Below the pieces are notes generated by a model, which saw only the letters and a program-made list of their open reading frames with translations, ran no database searches and was not told where the DNA came from. Shown here one piece after another: positions 7,610 to 15,524 of a stretch of DNA of 64,000 nucleotides. Source of the stretch: an uncultured archaeon (GTDB taxonomy: Archaea > Iainarchaeota > Iainarchaeia > Iainarchaeales > GCA-2688035). The stretch spans positions 22,435-86,434 of the forward strand of contig CAZXIC010000004.1 of NCBI GenBank assembly GCA_964640195.1. Direction: 5' to 3'. How positions within the stretch are numbered: position 1 is the first letter of the stretch; each line of letters starts with the position of its first letter. The position numbers and the translations under genes are program-made.

Positions 7610-10600
7610 TTAAGTCGCCGTTTGCGTCGCGGTATCCCTCATAGCATCCGTCAACTGGCATTGCCCATTGTTGCATGAGCTGTACGCTTGGGGGTAATAG
7701 CAGATATTGCCGCAGCTTCCGCAATTGAACGGGTCTGTGCTTAAATCATACCCTTCGTCAATGTTGCTTGGCCATGTTAGAGTTTCCCAGCGTCTGAGCG
7801 GGTTGGTATATCTATTATCGCAATCATTGTCAATCCCGTCGCATATTTCCAGATAAGCCGGGCTGCATTCTAACGGATGTTCTTTAACGGCGTTCCAAGA
7901 GTAATTTGCAGCAGCCTCAACGCCGCCAACCTCGTTGTAGAACGAGTCCTCAATCATCCCCGCGGCATTATATAAGTAGGAAAGGTAAGACCATTCCTTA
8001 ATGCTTGCAATGTCATCAAAGGGAGCGGTGTACCATTTGAACCCGTACTTGTTATAAAGCTGCGGGGACATTCTAATCTTGTTCCAAAAATCATCAAAAG
8101 TATGCCACCAGCATTTTTGCTCATAGTCCCTGCTCATCAAATCCAGTGTATACCAGGTATATCCTGGCTTTCCGCCGTAACGAACCTGGTAATACTCGTC
8201 GCCGCCATTGTGAAACGGGCTCTGCATGTCATCGTCAGTCATAACCCGTACATCAGGGTCGTATTTTTTTATCTTGCTGAGGTATTCTTCCATGAATTCT
8301 GCTAAAAGCTGGTAATTTTCCAGCCCTCTTTTAATAGACCTGCTGTCCCTGTTGAATCCCCGGATTTCGTCAAAATTGATATAAATAAAATCAGACTCTA
8401 TTTTAGTCATTGTCGGCTCAATAAACGTTTTTTCATAGTCGTCGCAAAAAGAGGAGTCCGCAAAGGTTGTCCAGCCGCTGCGGTCAGGCTCCAGGCTTGC
8501 AGCAAAGTCGTAGTCAACCTTTATTTCAGAATCCGTCGGAATCGTCCCTGTAGGGTTTCTTTTTATCATGGTTTTCTTGCCGTCTAGTATATTCAGCGGG
8601 TCTATAGTCCCACTTTCAATCAGGCTGTAGTCTCTCCCTTCCTCGTATTCAGTGCTTCTGTCTTCATTGAAAACATGCAATCTTGTGTCCGGGGTTTCAA
8701 GAACATTATATAATTTGTCATTCAAGGTTATTAGTTCAAAATTGTCCAGCCATAATTCCAACGCCTCTGTACCCTGTGCCCTGGAGAAAAGGTTTACCTG
8801 TGTTTCGTTATTGTACGTAGAAAACTTGATTGAGTATTGGCCCCAGCTTCCACTTCTGGTTATAACTACACTCTGACCATATTCTATTCCGGCAGAAGAT
8901 TGCAAGCTAACTGTAACTTGGGGATTGTTTCCGTTGTTATTTTCCTCTATCTTTTTTGCCCAGAAAGTCAGCAGGTAGATTTGGTTTTCCCTTACAGTGA
9001 ATTTTGGAAAAGACAATTCTGAACTAAGGTCGCTGTTCACCAGATACTCGCTTGAACTAATGCCACGAAGAGCATGGGTAAGGCTCAGTTTAACAGAGCA
9101 ATTTCCAGAATAACTGGTGGTGCAGTCCCATGCCCAATCATCCCCGCTGTCTTCCGGCGTATTGTTTGAAAACATCCAATAATCGGGCTTTCCATTTTCA
9201 TCAGTGTCTTCTTCAAAATCAAGATTATTGAAATTAGGGGCGCCAGAAAATTCCGGTTCAAGGGAAACAGCATTATCCAAATTGTCAAATTTCATGGAAA
9301 CGTTCTGTGCATAAACCCCCTCAAAGTAATTAGGATTAAAATAGCTCAAAGCCATGGGGTTAAAGATGGATGTTACGTAGAAATGTCTCTTCTTAATAAA
9401 ATCCTTATGCCCCAAAACTAAATTTATATATGACTGAGAGCTTCCACTTGTAAGGCAACCTGGGCCACCTATCCAGATGGCGCTTGTCCAGAGATTATAC
9501 TTATATTTAGTCAATACCTCTACCCATTTTTCTTTTTCAGCTGATGCATCAATATACTCCCCCCCCCAGTAAAAAAGCCCTGTGCCATGAAACCCCCTCA
9601 CTTCCAGGTCAGGCCAGTCAGTTATTTTAGCATTGGGCAGGATTATCTGGTCTGCTTGGTAATTCAAAAGCCAGCCCAAAGAAACCGCACCATAAAATGT
9701 TCCTGCTGTGCTGTTTGCCAGAATAAGAATTTGGTCTGGCTCTATTAAAAGAATGTACCCCTGGTTGAACCCTTTTGTTAGCTCCTCGTTGATGTTGATT
9801 TCCTTTTCTTCCGCAAGCAATCCTATTGCAGAATCTGTGTTGGGGTTTCCGATTACAATCCTTTTCTGCGAAAGATCCCCTGATATGTCCTTAATCTCTA
9901 AATCTATTGTCCCTGCTGAACTCTCAAGTATTTTATCTTTAAGGTAACCAGCAGTAAAATTCTCGTATTCATCGTCCAAGTTTGCATAAATTTTCCAGTC
10001 TGAACCCAGGCCAGCGCAACTTCCTATTTCCAACTCTATTTCCTGGGGAAGCGGAATTATTGAGGCAGGGTCAATAAAATCGCCCTCCTCGCATTCCAGT
10101 GCCGGTGTACAGTCCTCGTCTGCTGTTCCATCGCAGTCCTCATCTAACCCGTTCCCGCATATTTCCGGCGTTGGTTCGATTGCGCCTATGCATGGTCCCC
10201 ATGTGCCTTCTGTGCATGTTTGGGTTCCGTATTGGCATTTTCCAACGTCTGTTGTTCCGCACTTTTTTGTTTTACCGGGTTCGCATCCTTCTGTTGGGCA
10301 GTCTCTTCCGCAGGTTTCGCTTGTTTCTCCCATTTCAGGATTGCATCCCTCTATTCCGCAGCAGATTAACAGGCTGCAGTCTTCGCATCCAGCCGTGCAT
10401 TCTCCTGTTTCGCATCTTCCGTTTCCGCATTCTGGCGGTGTTTCGCAGTCATCATCTTCTGTGTCTTGGTCTCCGTCGCAGTCATTGTCTAGTTCGTCCT
10501 CGCATTTTGTTTCAGTGAGTTCATAGTATTCCCCGTATTCGTCTTCCCCGCATCCTGGCCATGTTCCTCCAGTGCATATTTGTTGGCTTCCTTCACAAAC

Positions 10601-10912
10601 TCCTTTTTGTAATGGGCAGTCTGTTGTTTCGTCCTCAGAGCATGGTGTTGTTGGCAGGCTGCCCGTGATTCCGCGCGGTAGACATACGAAGAAGTCGCCT
10701 GGCCCTGTCGCCTCTGTTATTCTGTCTTCCTGCAGTGCGATGCATCTGCCATCATCGGAGCAGGCATCGTAGGTGGTTTTTGAAGAGCATACTGCGCCTG
10801 TGCTGGCAACCAGGGCTGCGCCTGTTATGAGAGCAATAACTATTGCTACAACTAATACAGCGCCCCCTATTAACAGCAGGTATTCCAAGGCGCCCTGCGC
10901 TTTGCTGCCCAT
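7610..10912 (-). CDS. Class III signal (pilin-like) N-terminus + Cys-rich repeats + GH20-like hexosaminidase with inserted CBM4/9-like module
   Basis: Prepilin motif; EIC(D/G)xxDxDCD repeats; QGYILLIEPDQILILANSTAGTFYG...ITDWPDLEVRG (GH20 domain 2 into barrel); NNLDFEED...YSGNCSVK (CBM-like); YINFDE candidate catalytic DE; true end probably 7584 after a 1-nt shift. Confidence 0.85.
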   Translation of the reverse strand: MGSKAQGALEYLLLIGGAVLVVAIVIALITGAALVASTGAVCSSKTTYDACSDDGRCIALQEDRITEATGPGDFFVCLPRGITGSLPTTPCSEDETTDCPLQKGVCEGSQQICTGGTWPGCGEDEYGEYYELTETKCEDELDNDCDGDQDTEDDDCETPPECGNGRCETGECTAGCEDCSLLICCGIEGCNPEMGETSETCGRDCPTEGCEPGKTKKCGTTDVGKCQYGTQTCTEGTWGPCIGAIEPTPEICGNGLDEDCDGTADEDCTPALECEEGDFIDPASIIPLPQEIELEIGSCAGLGSDWKIYANLDDEYENFTAGYLKDKILESSAGTIDLEIKDISGDLSQKRIVIGNPNTDSAIGLLAEEKEININEELTKGFNQGYILLIEPDQILILANSTAGTFYGAVSLGWLLNYQADQIILPNAKITDWPDLEVRGFHGTGLFYWGGEYIDASAEKEKWVEVLTKYKYNLWTSAIWIGGPGCLTSGSSQSYINLVLGHKDFIKKRHFYVTSIFNPMALSYFNPNYFEGVYAQNVSMKFDNLDNAVSLEPEFSGAPNFNNLDFEEDTDENGKPDYWMFSNNTPEDSGDDWAWDCTTSYSGNCSVKLSLTHALRGISSSEYLVNSDLSSELSFPKFTVRENQIYLLTFWAKKIEENNNGNNPQVTVSLQSSAGIEYGQSVVITRSGSWGQYSIKFSTYNNETQVNLFSRAQGTEALELWLDNFELITLNDKLYNVLETPDTRLHVFNEDRSTEYEEGRDYSLIESGTIDPLNILDGKKTMIKRNPTGTIPTDSEIKVDYDFAASLEPDRSGWTTFADSSFCDDYEKTFIEPTMTKIESDFIYINFDEIRGFNRDSRSIKRGLENYQLLAEFMEEYLSKIKKYDPDVRVMTDDDMQSPFHNGGDEYYQVRYGGKPGYTWYTLDLMSRDYEQKCWWHTFDDFWNKIRMSPQLYNKYGFKWYTAPFDDIASIKEWSYLSYLYNAAGMIEDSFYNEVGGVEAAANYSWNAVKEHPLECSPAYLEICDGIDNDCDNRYTNPLRRWETLTWPSNIDEGYDLSTDPFNCGSCGNICYYPQAYSSCNNGQCQLTDAMRDTATQTAT

Positions 10913-10951
10913 CAGCTATAATAGCATTCAAACTACTATAAAACGGTTTTT
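10652..10951. repeat. 300-bp promoter + pilin-domain cassette, copy 2
   Basis: See 7113-7412 (offset 3539). Confidence 0.95.
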
Positions 10952-10986
10952 GCTCGGAGAAACTGAAATGCCAGGCTTAAGAAGCT

Positions 10987-12393
10987 TTAAGGGAGAGTGC
11001 AGTCGCAGGTTATTCCAGCGCCTGATTCAAATTCCAAACACAGCTCGCAGATTTCCGCGTCTGTTAAAACACCATTGTAGATGCGCATGTCATCCACTCT
11101 GCCGCCCCAAAAGCCCTCTTCTCCGTTGCAGCGTGCGCCTATGAGAAAGTTGCCTAAGCTGGTCTCAATCCCAGTGCCTGTTAAAATTTCGAGCTTGCCG
11201 TCCACAAATATGTGAAAATACCGGTAATCGTCCTGGTCACTGTAGTAGGTCATTGCAATGTGATACCATCTCTCTGCAAGCAACGGGCTAACGATGGGGC
11301 CGAGAGCAAGAGGGTAGTCGCAGCCCCAAAACTTGAGGCGGTCACTACCATAATATATGTCCCAGCCGCTGCTATATGGTGAAACGCATGAGCCCTCGTC
11401 GGAGAATGGCGCAGGGGCGTCCCTCCTTGCATAAGGCGGTCCAAACGTGTCGGCGTTTGTATAAATCCATGCCGAGTAAGTGTATGTTCCCCATTCATTG
11501 AAACTGATTGAAGAGTCATCTCCAAAGTCAATGTAATAGTCCGTGTCTGTTCCAGTGTCAGGCCATTCTCCATTATTGACGTTTGTCAGGCTGAACGCTT
11601 GCTCATCAACACCAGTGGCATACGCTGCCCCGCCGTTCGGCCATGTTCCATGATTTGCCCCAACTTCATCCTGCGTGTTCCCGTTTCCTTTCCACCATGC
11701 CACGAGGTATTCCGACAAGCAGTCCGGGTCTTCTATGTCTGGTCTTCCATCGCAGTCGTTGTCTATTCCATCTTTGCAGTTTCCGTTGTCGGTTGATTCA
11801 TCTACGCCGAAGCCCCCGCATGTGCACAAGCAGTCGGCTGAGCAATCGGTTATTGAAGAGTAGTCGCATGTGTCCCTCCCGGCGCAGTAGTAGTCATAGA
11901 GAATAGCCCCTTCGCACCCGTCTAAATCATTGCAGTTTTCGCAAGGTGGAACTGTACCGCATGACGTGTCTGTTCCATCGCATGTTGGTGGGCAGTCCCC
12001 TGGGCAGCTTTCGTATGTTTCTCCTGCGTCGCATGTTCCGTCTCCGCAGCATCCTGCTGGGTCACAGTCTGGGTCTTCTGTTGCTGTGCATCCTGGTGGG
12101 CATGTCCCGTTGCATCCGTCTGGTATGCATTCCGGCTCGCCGTCTGTGTAGCCTCCAAACAGGCAAATGAAGAATTCCTCTGCCGTCTCTGCCTTTGTAA
12201 GCATGTCTTCCTGCGTTGGGACGCATCCGTCAGTGTCAGAGCACGCTTTAAAAGTCGTTTTTAAGTTGCAGATTATGTTCTGGGTTTGGTCTGGTGCTGC
12301 GCCCGCCAGCATTGCTATTACTATTGCGGCAACCAGTATGGCGCCCCCTATTAACAGCAGGTATTCCAAGGCGCCCTGCGCTTTCCGCTTCAT
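10987..12393 (-). CDS. Class III signal (pilin-like) N-terminus + Cys-rich repeats + LamG/concanavalin A-like domain
   Basis: RKA/QGALEYLLLIGGA; CKDGIDNDCDG; LVAWWKGNGNTQD...YTYSAWI...RWYHIAMTY...VDDMRIYNGVLTDAEI. Confidence 0.87.
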   Translation of the reverse strand: MKRKAQGALEYLLLIGGAILVAAIVIAMLAGAAPDQTQNIICNLKTTFKACSDTDGCVPTQEDMLTKAETAEEFFICLFGGYTDGEPECIPDGCNGTCPPGCTATEDPDCDPAGCCGDGTCDAGETYESCPGDCPPTCDGTDTSCGTVPPCENCNDLDGCEGAILYDYYCAGRDTCDYSSITDCSADCLCTCGGFGVDESTDNGNCKDGIDNDCDGRPDIEDPDCLSEYLVAWWKGNGNTQDEVGANHGTWPNGGAAYATGVDEQAFSLTNVNNGEWPDTGTDTDYYIDFGDDSSISFNEWGTYTYSAWIYTNADTFGPPYARRDAPAPFSDEGSCVSPYSSGWDIYYGSDRLKFWGCDYPLALGPIVSPLLAERWYHIAMTYYSDQDDYRYFHIFVDGKLEILTGTGIETSLGNFLIGARCNGEEGFWGGRVDDMRIYNGVLTDAEICELCLEFESGAGITCDCTLP

Positions 12394-12453
12394 CCACTTA
12401 TACTTATCCAGCGAACTACTATATAATTGTTTTTTTGCAGAGAAGGCGTATGA

Positions 12454-12621
12454 TGCGACCGCTGGGATTTGAACCCAGGTTGAGAGCTAGCTCCTAAGAC
12501 TTTCTTGGCTCACCTCCTGAGAGAAAAGCTGAGAAAGCCGGTTCAGAGCATTGGAAGGCTCTAGTGCTTAATGTCTTCTAAGGAACTAGTCCTTTAGAAG
12601 AAACCACTACACTACGGTCGC
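12454..12621 (-). tRNA. tRNA-Gly(TCC) with two introns: D-loop (~12569-12602) and canonical 37/38 (12489-12551)
   Basis: GCGACCG/CGGTCGC acceptor stem, AGAGC/GCTCT anticodon stem, CT-TCC-A|A loop, GGTTCAAATCC T arm; BHB central helix CTTC/GGAG. Confidence 0.92.
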
Positions 12622-13511
12622 ATTAACTCAATGGTCTCCTTGTGCGTAGGCACTTCTCCAGTTTCCCTAAATATTCTATACTTGGTTATGTGTTTTAAAT
12701 TTTTGGGTCTGATTGTTTTGAAGAAAATATCTAGCGGTAGTTGGTTGTAAATATAAACACTTTTTCCTGACGCACTTGCTGAGAATCCGAGGCTTTTCAG
12801 CGAATTTTTTATTTCTTCTAGGAATTTTGGGCTGCAGTTAATATATTCAATGACGCCTGCATTTTCTCTCCTCCTGTGGAAGCTTCCGTCAGTATCAAAC
12901 AGACCTCACAAATAACAACGCAAAAGTTTTTGGTCTTTTAGAATTTCTTTTTGGATTGCCATCCTGTTTTTTCTATCCCCCACAGGGAAATTACATTTCT
13001 CTGATAAAAATTCCTTAAGCTTTTTTGAATAAATCCTACACTTAACCTTGCCCCCGTGTATTAAAATTTTGGGTTGCAATCCGAATAGCCTAATAAATAG
13101 CCCTTGAACGTGCCTGCTTACGTAGTCATAATCAACAATAGCATTGCAACTAACGCTTGTTTCGTTTCCTGTTTCACAAACACACCCATCACCGGCCAGT
13201 ATCCCTAAAAATTCTGCCAAATCTTTGGAGAGGGCGGGCTCATTAATCTGCTTAGGGCCGCAGTTTGGCAGTTCCACGGTTTTAAGGGATTTGTATGCAG
13301 ATATATCTAACCCCGTCTTTTCATGTAGGAGTTGGATTCTTTTAACAGGCATCTTGCTTGATTCCTTCAAATACAGGAAAACCATGCACCTACTTATTTT
13401 CAGCAATCTTGCCATCTTACCCCAGGTAACACCCAACCCGTGTTTCAACTCTCTTAGCAATTCAGCCTGTTTTCCTTTCTCCAAGTCCAAAAAAAGATTT
13501 TTTTCAATCAT
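12612..13511 (-). pseudogene. HTH + double-motif LAGLIDADG endonuclease-like gene with in-frame TGA at 12906-12908; final stop lies inside tRNA-Gly
   Basis: LAEFLGILAGDG and YL*GLFDTDGS motifs; frame stays open to TAG 12612-12614; AT-richer than flanks. Confidence 0.85.
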
Positions 13512-13666
13512 TGTAGTGCTATAATATTAATTTTTTGGCGGTTATAAATACATTGGAAACAGAGCAGGCTTCCGCTGAATTTCAGAGGTGAAAAATTTCC
13601 GGCAAAGGAAATTTCGCCAGTTTTTTTAAATCAGGCTTGTTTAAATAGCTAGAATGGGTAAATTGG

Positions 13667-14305
13667 ATGAAAGGCAAACTGCTCGCAATAGAGGGAAGCG
13701 ATGCTTCAGGCAAGAAAACCCAGGCACTGCTGCTGCTTCAAAGGCTCAGGAGCGAAGGTTACAGGGCAGAGCTGATTTCTTTCCCGCGATACAAGGCATT
13801 CTTCGGCAGGCTGGTCAAGCGCTATCTGAAAGGTGAGATGGGCCCGATCCAAAGGCTGCCGCCTGAGCTGCCCGCGCTGCTTTACGCGCTGGACAGGTTT
13901 GATGCTGCAGAGGCGCTGGGTAAAAAGCTAAAGCAGGGCAGAATAATCGTTGTAGATAGGTTTAGCGCAAGCAACCTTGCTTACCAGGCAGCAAAGCTGC
14001 GGGGGAAAGAGCGCAAGGAATTCATCAAATGGCTCGAGCGCATCGAATCGCGCCTGCCCCAGCCAACCCTCACGGTTTACCTGGACGTTCCAGTCAGCGT
14101 TTCACAGCAGTTGATGCTCCGTGAGAGCAGGAAAAAAGACCTACATGAAAAAAACACCGCTTACCTCAAAGGCGTGCGGCGTGTTTACCTGCTGCTTGCA
14201 AAGCAAGGAAAGTGGAAAAAAATAGACTGCGTGCGCAGGGGAAAGATGCTTCCAAAGGCAGCTATCCACCAAGCGCTGTGGCGCGAAGCCAAAAAATACC
14301 TTTAA
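13667..14305 (+). CDS. tmk: Thymidylate kinase
   Basis: IEGSDASGKKTQ P-loop, LLYALDR, VVDRFSASNLAYQ. Confidence 0.95.
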   Translation: MKGKLLAIEGSDASGKKTQALLLLQRLRSEGYRAELISFPRYKAFFGRLVKRYLKGEMGPIQRLPPELPALLYALDRFDAAEALGKKLKQGRIIVVDRFSASNLAYQAAKLRGKERKEFIKWLERIESRLPQPTLTVYLDVPVSVSQQLMLRESRKKDLHEKNTAYLKGVRRVYLLLAKQGKWKKIDCVRRGKMLPKAAIHQALWREAKKYL

Positions 14306-14339
14306 ATTAGATTTCCCCGCAATATTTCTGGTTTTTAGG

Positions 14340-15287
14340 GTGGATTACAGCAGGGTGCTTTCCTTCTCCTTCAGCTGGCTTAAGGAGAAAAAGGCAGTCA
14401 AATACCTTGCACTGGGCTGGGCTGCTGCCTTAGCACTTATCTTGCTTCTTGCTGCCCTTGCATTGCTTCTTTTCAGGGAAACAATCACCAGCTTGCTTGC
14501 CGGCTCATTTTCAACCCTGGCAGGGCTTTTGCTTGAACCCTCGCTGGTTGAGCAAATGGTTGCAGTGTTTCTCGCTGCAGCAATTCCGCTATTCGCCCTT
14601 TTTGCCCTAGGGCTCCTATACATTCATGCATTAATGGTTCTGGCTGCCTTGAGGAAAGCAGGTCTGCCTGCAGCAGAGCTTTCCCCAATCAGGTTCATTA
14701 AATTGGTTGCTTCGTGCATTGAAAGCACTGCCCTTGCTGTCTTCTCAGCCTTTAACAAGAAGTACCTTGCGCTGCTGCTTGCCGCACTTGTTTTCGCTGC
14801 AGCAACATTCGTTCCAGACGATTTTGCAAGCATTGCAAGCGGATTGCTCGCTTTGCTGCTGCTTTCCCTCTACTCGCCTGTTGTCTTTTACAACGCAGTT
14901 AGGCAAAGCCACGCCCCTGTTATTTTTCTCTCCAAAGGTGTTTCAGTAGCCGCTGCCCTGAAAGCAAGCTGGTTTTTCACTGAAAAGAGGTTCTGGAGCA
15001 TAGTTGCAGCCTGGCTTGCCTTGTTTCTTGTTTCCTTGGCCTTGTTTGCACTGGCTTTTTTTGCCATTTCCCTTGCCCTAACAGCATTGTTCTTTTACCT
15101 TCTTTCCCTGTTTTCCCTGGCCTTCCAGATAGCATCCTTACTGACAGCCTTGGTTCTCCTTCCCTTTGCCTTGCTGGTTCTCTCATATGCAAAAGCAGCA
15201 GTCTACCGCGAATGCTTGGATGAAATGGAAGCAGAGAGGCTGCCTGCAGAAGCAGTTGCAGCAGCGGGAAAAACGAAAAAAGGTTGA
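14340..15287 (+). CDS. Polytopic membrane protein, unknown function
   Basis: Several long hydrophobic segments; AALKASWFFTEKRFWSI. Confidence 0.75.
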   Translation: MDYSRVLSFSFSWLKEKKAVKYLALGWAAALALILLLAALALLLFRETITSLLAGSFSTLAGLLLEPSLVEQMVAVFLAAAIPLFALFALGLLYIHALMVLAALRKAGLPAAELSPIRFIKLVASCIESTALAVFSAFNKKYLALLLAALVFAAATFVPDDFASIASGLLALLLLSLYSPVVFYNAVRQSHAPVIFLSKGVSVAAALKASWFFTEKRFWSIVAAWLALFLVSLALFALAFFAISLALTALFFYLLSLFSLAFQIASLLTALVLLPFALLVLSYAKAAVYRECLDEMEAERLPAEAVAAAGKTKKG

Positions 15288-15298
15288 ATCGAAATGAT

Positions 15299-15511
15299 TG
15301 CGGATGCCGGGGGTCGAACCCGGGTCACGACCTGATTGCAGCAACCTTTAAATCTGTTTTTTGGAAAAAAGGCTTTTGCGAAGCACTTTTTCCCCAGGCT
15401 TTTTTCCCACAGGAAAAAAAGGCTTTTGCGAAGCACTTTTTCCCCAGGCTTTTTTCCCACAGGAAAAAAGGCTGTGGCAAGGTCGGATCCTAACCACTAG
15501 ACTACATCCGC
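15299..15511 (-). tRNA. tRNA-Gly(GCC) with 141-nt intron at 37/38 (15334-15474)
   Basis: GCGGATG/CATCCGC, CGACC/GGTCG, TT-GCC-A|A, GGTTCGACCCC; clean BHB (TTGC/GCAA, AGC/GCT). Confidence 0.93.
15363..15473. repeat. 50-bp tandem repeat (~2.2 copies) inside the tRNA intron
   Basis: 15371-15420 and 15421-15469 identical except one A in a homopolymer. Confidence 0.95.
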
Positions 15512-15524
15512 TCCCGTAAGAAAA

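Noticed and set aside
7113-10951. Diversity-generating retroelement template/variable repeat pair
   Set aside because: Mismatches are not adenine-specific, both copies are 5' gene ends, and no reverse transcriptase lies in the window.
15363-15473. CRISPR array
   Set aside because: Head-to-tail repeats without spacers, inside a tRNA intron, and no cas genes.
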